Part shown: positions 8,969-18,919 of the stretch, in pieces
How the letters are laid out: the number at the start of each line of letters is the position of its first letter
Numbering within the stretch: the stretch's first letter is position 1
Virus record (IMG/VR): IMGVR_UViG_3300044839_000032
Span: 1 to 52,138 of that record
Length of the DNA: 52,138 nt
Strand: one strand, 5' to 3'
Origin: a virus
Taxonomy: Duplodnaviria; Caudoviricetes
The notes under the pieces: generated by a model
Seen by the model: the letters and a program-made list of their open reading frames with translations, nothing else
Database searches by the model: none
What the model was told of the DNA's origin: nothing
Made by a program: the position numbers and the translations under genes

Positions 8969-9169
8969 ATGAACAAGTTTATTGTCATTCTGTCGGAGCC
9001 TGCCTACTACGGTTATACCGTCGAAGCAGAGGACGCACGAGCCGCGGGAGAGGAAGCCTTGCGGTTGTTCTATTCCGGGGTCAATATCAACCCATACGAC
9101 TACGGCCAATTGACCGTATCGACGGTCGAACCCGTCGAGTATTCATCCCTTCCGGCGCCTAAGCCTTGA
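8969..9169 (+). CDS. Hypothetical protein
   Basis: 66-aa ORF at the start of the plus-strand phage block. Confidence 0.55.
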   Translation: MNKFIVILSEPAYYGYTVEAEDARAAGEEALRLFYSGVNINPYDYGQLTVSTVEPVEYSSLPAPKP

Positions 9170-9193
9170 CCGTCCCCGCCACTTTGTTACTGT
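9166..9193 (+). promoter_or_regulatory. Sigma70-type promoter TTGACC-16-TACTGT with extended -10 TG
   Basis: Sequence match upstream of the methyltransferase gene. Confidence 0.55.
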
Positions 9194-9235
9194 TGTAATA
9201 ACCCTCATCATCAAACCTAATCACCTCATATTTCC

Positions 9236-9874
9236 ATGCCTCACCCCGTTGGCTCGTACAGCAACGGCTCGAAGACCATTCTCCATCTTTGTGCCGACAC
9301 TGGCTCCGATACCAAACCCTATCAAGACGCCGGTTATAACGTGATCCTCATCGGCAGCAATATCGGCGTCGAAAACTACCATCCGCCTGCCGACGTTTAC
9401 GGCATCATCGCTAATCCCGTCTGCACGGAATTCAGCGTCGCGACTGGCTACCAGCACCAGGGCGACTACGAAAAAGGGCTCCTTCTCGTCCGCGAGTGTC
9501 GCCGTGTGATCGCGGAATGTGACCCGGTGTTCTGGGCTATTGAGAACCCAGCCACAGGACGGCTCAGGCAATTCCTAGGCACGCCCGATATGACGTATGA
9601 GCCTTGGCACTTCGGTTCCCCTTGGACAAAACGGACGGCGCTCTGGGGTAAGTTCAATCGTCCCGCTCCGCTATACCGGAAGTGGGAGGACGTACCGAAG
9701 ATACCAGAACTCTACGTTCGCCCCGGCAGAACGAAACCCTCCCTAGCATTTCTTCATAAGAGCGCCGTCCAGCACATCCCGGAGTTTCAGTGCTTCGCCC
9801 CGGAGAGTGACATGGAGTTCCGATCTCTCTGCTCGCAAAAGTTCGCTCAGGCTTTCTTTGAAGCTAACCGTTGA
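9236..9874 (+). CDS. Phage C5-cytosine DNA methyltransferase-like protein
   Basis: ILHLCADTGS (degenerate motif I), ANPVCTEFS (catalytic Cys), AIENP, KRTALWG. Confidence 0.7.
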   Translation: MPHPVGSYSNGSKTILHLCADTGSDTKPYQDAGYNVILIGSNIGVENYHPPADVYGIIANPVCTEFSVATGYQHQGDYEKGLLLVRECRRVIAECDPVFWAIENPATGRLRQFLGTPDMTYEPWHFGSPWTKRTALWGKFNRPAPLYRKWEDVPKIPELYVRPGRTKPSLAFLHKSAVQHIPEFQCFAPESDMEFRSLCSQKFAQAFFEANR

Positions 9875-9889
9875 CGATACGCCCCACCC

Positions 9890-9917
9890 TTGACGCCACC
9901 GCATGAGCTGGTAGGGT
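9890..9917 (+). promoter_or_regulatory. Promoter TTGACG-16-TAGGGT with extended -10
   Basis: Sequence match; ATG 9924 lies 6 nt downstream (leaderless). Confidence 0.55.
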
Positions 9918-9923
9918 TAAGTT

Positions 9924-10067
9924 ATGCCGAGCCGATCACAATTCAAGACCGCCAAAGAGTACAACGCATGGTTCCGCGACTACTGGAAAACGCGCCGGAA
10001 GAAGCAACGCCACTACATGCGAGCCTATCGCCGGAAGCAGTTATCAACAGCCCCGCAGGAAGCCTGA
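9924..10067 (+). CDS. Small basic protein (47 aa), possible DNA-binding regulator; not in the ORF track
   Basis: MPSRSQFKTAKEYNAWFRDYWKTRRKKQRHYMRAYRRKQLSTAPQEA, directly after a promoter. Confidence 0.55.
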   Translation: MPSRSQFKTAKEYNAWFRDYWKTRRKKQRHYMRAYRRKQLSTAPQEA

Positions 10068-10088
10068 TTTTCCAAGCCCTTTTAGCCC

Positions 10089-10116
10089 TTGACGAAGTTA
10101 TTACGCTTGCTACACT
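10089..10116 (+). promoter_or_regulatory. Near-consensus early promoter TTGACG-16-TACACT with extended -10 TG
   Basis: Sequence match; DnaA-box-like TTATCAACAG at 10041. Confidence 0.65.
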
Positions 10117-10252
10117 GAAGATGCTCCTTGAGGTTGATGGCGTGGCGGTCCCCAATGCAGTGCAGGACCCGCGCGAAAGGACACAGGCCACCCCTGGGTT
10201 TGCCACCAAACGCCAACCTGTCGGCATCGCTCACCAATCAATTCACCATGTC

Positions 10253-10489
10253 ATGGCAAAACAAGAAGCGACTTATCTATGCGACGTTTGCGGCAGTAGC
10301 TATGCTACCGGGGCCGACGTACGCGGTTCTGTTTCTGTCTATAGTTCTCACGGCTCTTTCATTTGCGGCGATGTCTGCGATGAGTGCGCCGACCGCGTTC
10401 TAAAGACTCTAGTCAGAGCCTTCCCAGGTATCGCCTTTAGTGAGCACTCGCACGATACGAAGGCGATGGAATCCAAAAAATCAATCTAG
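10253..10489 (+). CDS. Small Zn-finger protein
   Basis: CDVC...CDEC; start reassigned to ATG 10253, downstream of the promoter. Confidence 0.6.
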   Translation: MAKQEATYLCDVCGSSYATGADVRGSVSVYSSHGSFICGDVCDECADRVLKTLVRAFPGIAFSEHSHDTKAMESKKSI

Positions 10490-10573
10490 TCGAACAAAAA
10501 ACGTTCTCACTCTCCGGCGCTGTGGCAGTTATCTGAGAAGGTTTCTGCCCCGCCGAAGAGTCCCACCCCTCCC

Positions 10574-11377
10574 ATGAAGTTCGAAATTAAACACCGTTTC
10601 TCTAATGAAGTTCTGTTCTCAATCGAAACTGATTCTTGGAAGCTGGCAGTAGAAGCGGCGATCAAATCCAAAGCCAACCTCCGCTTCGCCAACCTCAGCT
10701 TCGCCAACCTCAGCTCCGCCGACCTCAGCTTCGCCGACCTCAGCTCCGCCAACCTCCGCTTCGCCAACCTCAGCTTCGCCAACCTCAGCTCCGCCGACCT
10801 CAGCTCCGCCGACCTCAGCTCCGCCAACCTCCGCTCCGCCGACCTCAGCTCCGCCAACCTCCGCTCCGCCGACCTCAGCTCCGCCGACCTCAGCTTCGCC
10901 GACCTCCGCTCCGCCGACCTCAGCTCCGCCGACCTCCGCTCCGCCGACCTCAGCTCCGCCAACCTCCGCTCCGCCAAGAACATCCCGCAGTCCTACGTTA
11001 ACCTCGCTTCGAGGGACATCCTCTTTGTCCTCCTGAACCTTAAGAAGGAAGTTCCCGCGCTCAGAAAGAGCCTAATCGCGGGCAGGGTGAACGGTTCACA
11101 GTACGAGGGCGATTGCGCCTGTCTCATTGGAACGCTCGCAAATGCTGACGGCGGTCTCGACAAAGTTTGCTCCGCGATTCCGTTCTACCAAATGGGAACC
11201 GAGAATCCAGGCGAGGCATGGTTCCTAAACATCAGAGAAGGAGACACCCCGGAAACCAACCCGTTCTCAGCGCACGCCGTTGCTCTTTGCGACCTTGTCA
11301 TCAAGAACAAGATGCACGAGTGGGCTCTTCTGCCGAACCCGTTTGAAAAGGCCGCGAAGACCACTCCCGAAGCATGA
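10574..11377 (+). CDS. Pentapeptide-repeat protein
   Basis: About 20 tandem A(N/D)L(S/R)(S/F) repeats, plus a C-terminal domain with CACLIGT. Confidence 0.9.
   Translation: MKFEIKHRFSNEVLFSIETDSWKLAVEAAIKSKANLRFANLSFANLSSADLSFADLSSANLRFANLSFANLSSADLSSADLSSANLRSADLSSANLRSADLSSADLSFADLRSADLSSADLRSADLSSANLRSAKNIPQSYVNLASRDILFVLLNLKKEVPALRKSLIAGRVNGSQYEGDCACLIGTLANADGGLDKVCSAIPFYQMGTENPGEAWFLNIREGDTPETNPFSAHAVALCDLVIKNKMHEWALLPNPFEKAAKTTPEA
10673..10975 (+). repeat. 15-bp tandem coding repeat (GCC(A/G)ACCTC(A/C)GCT(C/T)C)
   Basis: Visible tandem array encoding the pentapeptides. Confidence 0.9.
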
Positions 11378-11529
11378 AGCCTCGCTACTTCAACCGTAAG
11401 CCAGACGAGCCGCTTCTATTCTGGAACTGGCCCATCTTCAAGAACGGCCGCTGGTCCCAATACGTCCCTGACGAAGAACCGCAGATGACCGAGAAGGAGG
11501 CGCGCGAAATAGAAACCAACAACAACTAA
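11374..11529 (+). CDS. Hypothetical protein (51 aa), not in the ORF track
   Basis: ATGA overlap with the upstream stop; ends 1 nt before the ERF start. Confidence 0.55.
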   Translation: MKPRYFNRKPDEPLLFWNWPIFKNGRWSQYVPDEEPQMTEKEAREIETNNN

Positions 11530-11530
11530 G

Positions 11531-12088
11531 ATGCAACAATCACCAACTACCACCGAGATCACGAAGGCCCTTATCGGCTTTCACGACGAAGTAGGGACCA
11601 TCTCGAAAGACGCGGCCAATCCCTTCTTCAAAAGCTCCTACGCCAGCCTGTCGAACATCCTTGAATCCATCAAGGAGCCGCTCACGAAGAACGGCCTCAC
11701 GTTCGTTCAGTTCCCCGAAGGTTCGAACGGCTTGACCACCCGCTTGATGCACGAATCCGGCGAGTGGCTCGAAGCGACCTACACCATGGTCCCCGCGAAG
11801 AACGACCCCCAGGGACTTGGCTCCGCGATTACCTACCAACGCCGCTATTCTCTCGGCGCGGTCCTCGGCCTGAACATCGACACCGACGACGACGGCAACG
11901 CCGCGAGCCAGCCCGCCTCGACGACGCACACTTTCACGGCGCCCGCAAAGCCGAACTACAAGAAGCTTATCGAAGAGACGAAGAACATGACCGAGTTGAA
12001 GAAGGTCTGGGCTTCTCTCCCTGTCGAATCAAAGGTCGATCTGGAGGAGGTCAAGAACGCAATCAAAGCGAAGCATGAAAACGCTTAA
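11531..12088 (+). CDS. ERF-family single-strand annealing protein
   Basis: NPFFKSSYASL and GSAITYQRRYSL...DDDGN signatures. Confidence 0.9.
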   Translation: MQQSPTTTEITKALIGFHDEVGTISKDAANPFFKSSYASLSNILESIKEPLTKNGLTFVQFPEGSNGLTTRLMHESGEWLEATYTMVPAKNDPQGLGSAITYQRRYSLGAVLGLNIDTDDDGNAASQPASTTHTFTAPAKPNYKKLIEETKNMTELKKVWASLPVESKVDLEEVKNAIKAKHENA

Positions 12089-12707
12089 GTTCGAGACGCG
12101 CGACGAGTGGCTTTTCGGCCGCATAGGAAAGATCACCGGTACCCGCCTCAAGGACATCGTTGTGAAGCGCGGAACCGGAAAGAAGATCGGCTACTACGAG
12201 CTGATCGCCGAACGCCTGGGCGTACCGCCGGACGGCGAGAACCCCATGGAGCGCGGCGCACGTCTCGAAGCCGAAGCTATCGAACGCTTCATCGTTGAGA
12301 CCGGAAAGAACGTGGACACGAGCCTTGTGATCTGGACGCGCGATGACAACGAGAACATCGCAATATCCCCAGACGGCATCGTCTCCGAGGAGGAGGCGGT
12401 AGAGGTCAAGTGCCTCTCGTCGGCCCGCCACATCGAAGCCCTCCTCACGAACTCAATTCCCGATGAGTATGAGTACCAAGTGCTCCAGTACTTCATCGTG
12501 AACGAGAACCTGAAGACGCTGAACGTAGTTTGCTACGACCCCCGCTTCGTAGCCCTCTACGCTTCGACCGGCTCGAAGAAGCAGCTCGACTTCTTCGTCA
12601 TTGAAGTGAAGCGGGAGAGCCTTACCGAGCAGATCACCGAGTACCTGGAGTACGAACGAAAGACCCTCGCAGAAGTCGAACAGATCGTAAATCAACTCAC
12701 TTTCTAA
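12075..12707 (+). CDS. YqaJ-like (lambda exonuclease family) nuclease
   Basis: EWLFGRIGKITGT, MERG..LE, SPDG, EVKC, YEYQV. Confidence 0.88.
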   Translation: MKTLKFETRDEWLFGRIGKITGTRLKDIVVKRGTGKKIGYYELIAERLGVPPDGENPMERGARLEAEAIERFIVETGKNVDTSLVIWTRDDNENIAISPDGIVSEEEAVEVKCLSSARHIEALLTNSIPDEYEYQVLQYFIVNENLKTLNVVCYDPRFVALYASTGSKKQLDFFVIEVKRESLTEQITEYLEYERKTLAEVEQIVNQLTF

Positions 12708-12709
12708 CC

Positions 12710-12991
12710 ATGGCAGACAAGATCCTCGTCGACGGCATGATCGTCAGAAACCCCAACCCGAAAGCCCCCACTTGGGTAAAAGCCAGCATCTCGTTCAACG
12801 TCGGCAAGTTCATCGAGTTCGCCGACCAGCACCAGAAGAACGGTTGGTTAAACGTGGACATGAACCTCTCTCAGAAGGGAGAGCTGTACGCGTCGCTAAA
12901 CGAGTTCACGCCGAAGGCTCATACCGACGCGGGAACTGCCGAGCAGCCTCCCATCATCAACCTAGACGGCGACGACGAAGTTCCCTTCTAA
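12710..12991 (+). CDS. Putative phage single-stranded DNA-binding protein
   Basis: Follows ERF/YqaJ; acidic C-terminal tail DGDDEVPF. Confidence 0.6.
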   Translation: MADKILVDGMIVRNPNPKAPTWVKASISFNVGKFIEFADQHQKNGWLNVDMNLSQKGELYASLNEFTPKAHTDAGTAEQPPIINLDGDDEVPF

Positions 12992-13004
12992 ATCCACTCA
13001 CCCC

Positions 13005-13154
13005 ATGAGCGAACTCGAAGAGATCGACATCAGCGAGCCCTGCGACCTGTGCCACCAACCCCCCATCAACTGCGAATGTGTGGAAGAGACAGTTGAAACG
13101 ATAGACGACCGCCTCGTCGAAGCGGAGATAGACGACTTCCTCGGTACGGTCTAA
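13005..13154 (+). CDS. Small acidic Cys-containing hypothetical protein, not in the ORF track
   Basis: 49 aa, CDLC..CEC; fills the gap between genes. Confidence 0.45.
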   Translation: MSELEEIDISEPCDLCHQPPINCECVEETVETIDDRLVEAEIDDFLGTV

Positions 13155-13214
13155 CCCATCACTCACCCCACCGGGCAGGTCAGTCGGCTGCCCCTCTCAT
13201 CACCAACGAACACC

Positions 13215-13571
13215 ATGAAGTGCCCGTACTGCGGCAACGATGCGGAATGGGTAGACAACGCGACCGTGTACGGAAAGCGGTTTGGTAAGTCATACATGAT
13301 GTGGGTTTGCCGGCCGTGTGACGCTCGCGTCGGGTGTCACCAGAACACGCAGAAGCCGCTCGGGACGCTCGCGAACAAGGAACTTCGCGACGCACGCATG
13401 CGCGTCCACGCACTCATCGACCCCCTTTGGAAGTCAAAGCACTTCAGCCGCGGCAGGGTCTACAACATGCTCTCTGATGCTTTCGGTGAACCGGTCCATG
13501 TCGGCGAAAGCGACCTCTCACGTTGCGCCGAGATTCTCGAAACCGCCCCGAAACTATTTCAACTCCCATGA
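13215..13571 (+). CDS. DUF3268-like zinc-finger protein
   Basis: CPYCG...CRPCDARVGCH..PLGTLAN.ELR..R..H...DPLW. Confidence 0.75.
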   Translation: MKCPYCGNDAEWVDNATVYGKRFGKSYMMWVCRPCDARVGCHQNTQKPLGTLANKELRDARMRVHALIDPLWKSKHFSRGRVYNMLSDAFGEPVHVGESDLSRCAEILETAPKLFQLP

Positions 13572-13873
13572 ACGCCACAGACACTTCAACAGCCGCCTAC
13601 GACTCAATCCGTGAACTTCTGAACGAGAAGCAAAGGGTAGTCAGAAGCGCCCTCAAGAGATGCGGCCCGATGACGGATAAGCAGATCGCGGATTTTCTCG
13701 GTTGGGAAATCAACCGGGTAACACCTCGACGCGGCGAACTCGGAAAGATGGGCGCGCTCATCGACCTCGGAACCGTGCCCGGACACACCGGAAGACCTGT
13801 CCACCTCTGGAAGCTGAAGGAAGAACCTGTAGAAGCAAAGGCCGCCATCACTAACCAACCAACACTCATATGA
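13568..13873 (+). CDS. Winged-helix DNA-binding protein
   Basis: TSTAAY..., MTDKQIADFLGWEINRVTPRRGEL; ATGA overlap at the start. Confidence 0.7.
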   Translation: MNATDTSTAAYDSIRELLNEKQRVVRSALKRCGPMTDKQIADFLGWEINRVTPRRGELGKMGALIDLGTVPGHTGRPVHLWKLKEEPVEAKAAITNQPTLI

Positions 13874-14364
13874 CTCAATTCAAGGAAGGCGACCGCGTAC
13901 GTCTCAAACGGTCGTGTTCAGGCGGGATCGAGGGAGAGATTTACACCCTCGGTTATCTCCTCGGTCTTTCCAGTCTCTATGCTCTCATTGACAGTGGTCG
14001 CCGTGAAGTCGGCACTTCTGGCAAAGGTTGCTTGTGCGAAAGCAATTGGCTGCTCGTGGAGCGCGGCATGACCAACTATCTCGCCACCTTCGACGGAGCT
14101 GCCGGTTGCCCACTTGGAGGCTGGACGTACACCACCGTCCCATCATTAACAAACAAAACAACTCCCAAAATGAAGCTCACCAACCTCGTAAAGAAGCTCG
14201 TAGATTCAGACACCCAGACCCTCATCAAAGCCGGATTCATCAACGGCGACCTTGAACTCACCTCGACCGGAAAGGAAGAACTGTTCGCCATCATCTTTGA
14301 AGGGAACAAAGCGGCTCTCGTTACCGCCGCGCAAGCCGTCCTCGACGAACAAGCCGCGAAGTAA
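13870..14364 (+). CDS. Hypothetical phage protein
   Basis: Coupled ORF in the early operon. Confidence 0.6.
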   Translation: MTQFKEGDRVRLKRSCSGGIEGEIYTLGYLLGLSSLYALIDSGRREVGTSGKGCLCESNWLLVERGMTNYLATFDGAAGCPLGGWTYTTVPSLTNKTTPKMKLTNLVKKLVDSDTQTLIKAGFINGDLELTSTGKEELFAIIFEGNKAALVTAAQAVLDEQAAK

Positions 14365-14374
14365 ACCCCCTTCC

Positions 14375-14536
14375 ATGACCCGCTCTTACACCGTAGACAA
14401 CCGCCCGGACGTACCTATCCGCTGTTCCTCCTGCGATCTAGAGTTACCCATGAGAAAGGTCCGCCGGAAAACCGCCACCTGTCTCGATTGTAAAAGGGAG
14501 CAAGCGGCGAAGAGACACCAACTTAGAAAGGCATGA
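14375..14536 (+). CDS. Small Zn-finger protein
   Basis: CSSC...CLDC. Confidence 0.5.
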   Translation: MTRSYTVDNRPDVPIRCSSCDLELPMRKVRRKTATCLDCKREQAAKRHQLRKA

Positions 14537-14934
14537 AGGAACCCCTCTCACCGGCAGCCAAAGCGTTCAAGAAGGTGAAGAAGGAGTCGGTCTCGGCCTG
14601 GCTGAAGAAGGCAGATGGGGTTTTTTCCCGGTACATTCGCCAACGCGATGGCGGCCAGTGCTTCACCTGTCCGTATCGAAACGAATGGAAGAAGCTTCAG
14701 AACGGCCACTTCTGTCCGCGTCAGCACATGGCGACCCGGTTCGACGAGCGGAACAACAATGCTCAGTGCTTTGCGTGCAATATGTACTACGGCGGGCGAC
14801 CGGATGCCTACGCCGTCCGCCTCGAAGCGAAGTACGGACCCGGCATTGTGAAGGAACTCCACGATCTCGCCCGGACTACTAAGCAATGGACCGTCCCCGA
14901 ACTTCAATCACTCATCACCAAATACACACCATGA
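14533..14934 (+). CDS. ninG: NinG/Rap-like HNH recombination endonuclease
   Basis: FSRYIRQRD..CFTC...NGHF..R...TRFDERN..AQCFACN. Confidence 0.85.
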   Translation: MKEPLSPAAKAFKKVKKESVSAWLKKADGVFSRYIRQRDGGQCFTCPYRNEWKKLQNGHFCPRQHMATRFDERNNNAQCFACNMYYGGRPDAYAVRLEAKYGPGIVKELHDLARTTKQWTVPELQSLITKYTP

Positions 14935-16720
14935 TCTCCACGAAGAAACTCAGATACGTTCGCCTGCTCCGCAAGACCTCGGTAGGTCGCATGGCTTGGT
15001 TCGAGGTCGAGGTCGGCGGAGTAACCTTCAAGGTCAAAAAGCGGATCAGCGACCTTCCGGCACACGCTCAACATTTACTTCCATGACCACCAACCCAATC
15101 ACATCTAAGAAGCTGGAGGAGTTCTTGGAGCTCTGCGTCCGGTACAACGTCGGCGGAAAGGCGCATATCGCTACCCGAGCCTTCCTCTCCCAAGCCATAG
15201 ACGAAGCGTATGAGGCTGGAGTGGAAGTTCAAAAGGCGCATGACCGCGAACTTATCGGCCAGCTCCTATCGCCACAGTTCAACGCAGCCAAAGCTGCTCT
15301 TCTCGAAGCCCAGCAGCAAACAGCAAAGGAGATTCTGGAAGCGATACGAGCCCACCTCGCCAAGCGCGACGCCGCCTACGGTGACAAGCTCCACTTCGTA
15401 TTCTTCGAGGGCACCGAAAAGAACAACATGCTGAACACCTACCGCCAAGCCTTCACCGAAATCCTCGCCCTCATCTCCTCCAAATATCTCACCCCCAGCT
15501 CGGAAGGGGAAACCAAGAACAACGAAGCATGAACACCGAACTCATAAAAACCGGACTCGCCTTGGCCGACGCGGGCCTAGTGAACAACCCGACCGTTTGC
15601 ATCAAGGGAATGTCATCGTTCGCTTGCGTATGCGCCCCTTGCATGGAACATCTGCGCGCGGTCGTGGCGGTCTTCGCGGCCGAAGTCTTCTCGGACCCAT
15701 CACCAACCAATCAACTAGAAGCATGAACGAAGACCTCTACGAGTTCCTCAAAGAAATCATCCTTTTTTTACCGACACGGGCTACGACCGGACTCGTCTCG
15801 GGCTTCTCCTCGACCACGCGCGGAACAGCATGAACAACGAAAAACCGGAACTCACCTGTCAATCCGTAGAGAAACACCTCCAGACCTGTGAGCTACATCC
15901 GATGGAGAAGGCTCGCTGGACCGGACCCGCAAGCGAGCATGAACCCCGCGAGTACCTGGACAAAATCGCGCAGGAAGCAGCAGAGACCAACCAACCAGGG
16001 GAGAGAACATCGGGCGGAGGTTATGGATACCGCGATCCGAAAACCGGTCAACAAATTCACGCGATCTTTATCGAGAGCAAGAAGACTAACCAACCAGATC
16101 AAGCATGATCATTCTCGCAGCCGTTCTCGGAGCTATCAGCGGGACAATCGCGGCCGGACTCCTGCTTTACGTTAGCGAGCGGATCGCTTGGCACCTCTGG
16201 GCGAAGAAGCGTCAAGAAGCAATCGACCGCAACCCGAACAACCGCATCAAGCACCATGCCTAACCTCCCTGATTTCTCGAAAAAACCGGAAGACCCTTCC
16301 CTTCAACGACACTGCAAGAGATGCCATAGAAACATCTCTGAAGAACCTTTAAGCCACAACAAGATCTGTGGAGGCTTTGCCGGACCCTGCTGGCCGTGGT
16401 GTAGTTATCCCGAAGGGAAGGACTTGCCGGAAAACAAGGGACAGGTACAGTAAAGGCATGGCCTCACTCGATGGAATCGCGAACGCCCGGAACTCGATCA
16501 GCGAGGCGGAAGCGAGGACCCGCGAGCGAATTCACAACCCGGCCAAGGTCTGCGGCATGTGCGGCGGACCCTATGAGTACCGGCTCGTCATCGGTCTCAG
16601 CTCCTGCGAACACGACGGCAAGCAATCAACCAACACACCCCAACCATGTTGAACTTCATTCTCGGCTTTTTCACCTGCGTTCTCGTGCAGGCGATCATCA
16701 TCCGCAACGCGAACAACTGA
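14931..16720 (+). other. Run of short, translationally coupled hypothetical phage ORFs (e.g. 14931-15086, 15083-15532, 15529-15726, 15830-16108, 16256-16453)
   Basis: Repeated ATGA stop/start overlaps; no recognisable motifs beyond Cys pairs. Confidence 0.55.
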
Positions 16721-17136
16721 TGCCCCGTAAGCCCTCGATCAAACAAGCGAAGGCGATGGCGAACCTGTTGGAAAACGGTGGGAACGTCACGCGGGCCATG
16801 CTCGACGCGAACTTCTCTCCGGCCACTGCCAACAACCCGAAGAACCTAACCGAGAGCAAGGCGTTCAAAGAGAACTTCGCGGACCGTATCCCTGACGATC
16901 TCCTCGCCAAACGCCACCTCGAACTGCTGAACAAGCGCGAAGTCGTAAAGACCTTCAGCCACGAGACCGGAGAGACGGAAGTCGAGATAACCGACCAGCC
17001 GGACACCCAGGCAGTCTCAAAGGCTCTCGACATGGCCTACAAGCTCAAGGGCTCGTACGCTCCAGACAAGTCACTGACTCTGAGCCTCACGATCCCGGAC
17101 ATCATCAAAACTCTCGAAGAAGATGCAGGGACGTGA
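16720..17136 (+). CDS. terS: Terminase small subunit
   Basis: GNVTRAMLDANFSPATANNP HTH; ALDMAYKLKGSY; position upstream of TerL; start ATG 16720. Confidence 0.75.
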   Translation: MPRKPSIKQAKAMANLLENGGNVTRAMLDANFSPATANNPKNLTESKAFKENFADRIPDDLLAKRHLELLNKREVVKTFSHETGETEVEITDQPDTQAVSKALDMAYKLKGSYAPDKSLTLSLTIPDIIKTLEEDAGT

Positions 17137-17323
17137 TCTAACGATTCACATTCGCGGCAACCGCGGCCCCGCCCGGTTCAAGGCCGTCATTCGTCTCCGT
17201 CGCCAAGCAGACACTCCCTACTCCCAAGCCATGATGCAGAACTTCGTCGAGCGCATGGAGCTCGTCCTCGATGACGACATTCTCGGCATCGTCGAGAAGA
17301 TCACCGTGAACACGCAGGAATGA
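17123..17323 (+). CDS. Hypothetical protein
   Basis: Overlaps TerS and TerL in an operon arrangement. Confidence 0.5.
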   Translation: MQGRDLTIHIRGNRGPARFKAVIRLRRQADTPYSQAMMQNFVERMELVLDDDILGIVEKITVNTQE

Positions 17324-18918
17324 CCGATGCGGAAGCAAAACTAAAGCTATCCGACCGGCTCTGGAGACTCTCCCACCTTTACAAGATCAAGACGAAGGAC
17401 ATGCGCCTTCGGACCTTCCGGCCGAACCCCGCCCAGGTTGCCTACCTCGCTGAAGAATCTGACCGGGACATCATCGTCAAAGCCCGGCAACTCGGCATGA
17501 CGACCTTGAAGGCCGTCGAGCTGCTCGACTTCTCCGTCACGACTCCGAACGCGAACGCCTGTCTGATCGCCCACGAGCGGGACAAGGTTCAGAAGCTCTT
17601 CGAGATCATCAGGCTCGCCTACGACAAGATGCCGGCAGAGCTTAGACCGGTAGCCAAGTACGACAACCGCAACGAGCTTTCCTTCCCCGCTCTCAATTCA
17701 AAGGTGTTCGTCGCGCTCGATACTAGAGGCGAAACCATCCACAACCTGCACGTCTCTGAGGTCGCCTATATCGAGCGGGCCGAAGAGAAGATGTTGGGTA
17801 TTCTGGAATCCGTCCCGAAGGACGGGATCATTTCGTTCGAGTCAACCGCGAACGGCATGAGCGGTTACTTCTACGACACCTGGGAGGACTCCCGTTCAGA
17901 GTTCCGTAAGCACTTCCTAGCGTGGTTCCTAGACCCTGAATACTCAGAACCCACCCAGAGCACGCTTTCAGACCTTGTCGCCCAGTACGAGCCACTACAG
18001 CTCCAGTACGGGCTCATACCGAAGATATGGGAGCAGTGCCATCTTTCTCCCGAACAGTTTGCCTTTTACATCGGTAAGGTCCGCCGGCACAAAGCCAAGG
18101 TCGTTCAGGAGTACCCCTCGACCGCGCTTGAAGCCTTCATCGCTTCCGGCCGGAACGTCTTTCACCCCTCGGACCTTCAGAAGCACCAGCCCCGGTTGCC
18201 CGTTGAGCGCATGTACCAGTCGCTCATGATCTACGAGAAGCCGCAACCAGGCTTCCGGTACACCATGGGGATCGACCCGGCTGAAGGAACCGGTAGGGAC
18301 AACTCGGTCATCGAGGTTTTGAATGCCTACACGGGCGAACAGGCGGCCGAGTTCGCAGACAACCAGATCCAGCCTGACCAACTGGCCGACTACGCCATCT
18401 CCATCGGCAAGATGTTCAACAACGCCTTCATGGTCCCTGAGGTGAATGCCCACGGTCTCGCGTTCGTGAACCGCGTCAAAACGAAATACGCGAACGTCTA
18501 CCGGAGGGAGCACTTCGACAAGACCAGCAACAGCTCCAGCTACTCGCTCGGTTGGAAGACAACGATGGTTACTAAACCGATTCTCGTCGATGACCTCGAA
18601 GAGGCCGTCAGAGTTGAAACGGTCCACGTCAGGTCCGAAGAGGCGCTGAAGGAGATGAAGGTATTCGTCCGTCTCGAGGAATCAGGCAGGCACGGATTTG
18701 GAGCCGAGGGCTCGAAGAAGGACGACCGGGTTATTGCCATGGGACTGGCTCTTCAGGGTGTGAAGCATCTTCCCAAGATGGCGACGCCAAAGAGCGACGC
18801 GCAGAAGCGGTTGGAGGAGTACGTCAGGGATCAGCAGGTCGCTCAGTACTTTCCGAATCGTCAGGAACCAGCAAGGGGCAGAAAGAGGTATCGAATCAGG
18901 GGTCGCGAAGCGACTTAG
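17320..18918 (+). CDS. terL: Terminase large subunit
   Basis: KARQLGMTT Walker A, LHVSEVA Walker B, ESTANG, GIDPAEG.GRDNS nuclease motif, DDRVIA. Confidence 0.95.
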   Translation: MTDAEAKLKLSDRLWRLSHLYKIKTKDMRLRTFRPNPAQVAYLAEESDRDIIVKARQLGMTTLKAVELLDFSVTTPNANACLIAHERDKVQKLFEIIRLAYDKMPAELRPVAKYDNRNELSFPALNSKVFVALDTRGETIHNLHVSEVAYIERAEEKMLGILESVPKDGIISFESTANGMSGYFYDTWEDSRSEFRKHFLAWFLDPEYSEPTQSTLSDLVAQYEPLQLQYGLIPKIWEQCHLSPEQFAFYIGKVRRHKAKVVQEYPSTALEAFIASGRNVFHPSDLQKHQPRLPVERMYQSLMIYEKPQPGFRYTMGIDPAEGTGRDNSVIEVLNAYTGEQAAEFADNQIQPDQLADYAISIGKMFNNAFMVPEVNAHGLAFVNRVKTKYANVYRREHFDKTSNSSSYSLGWKTTMVTKPILVDDLEEAVRVETVHVRSEEALKEMKVFVRLEESGRHGFGAEGSKKDDRVIAMGLALQGVKHLPKMATPKSDAQKRLEEYVRDQQVAQYFPNRQEPARGRKRYRIRGREAT

Positions 18919-18919
18919 G

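Noticed and set aside
9890-10252. 5' two-thirds of the 199-aa ORF 9890..10489
   Set aside because: Its TTG start is a -35 box, and the region holds two promoters and a better micro-ORF in another frame.
10673-10975. Possible CRISPR array or DGR repeat
   Set aside because: Contiguous 15-bp units without spacers, explained by pentapeptide coding; no cas or reverse transcriptase gene is recognisable in the window.
10507-11001. Repetitive ORFs 10507..10983 (-) and 10636..11001 (+)
   Set aside because: Alternative-frame shadows of the pentapeptide repeat.
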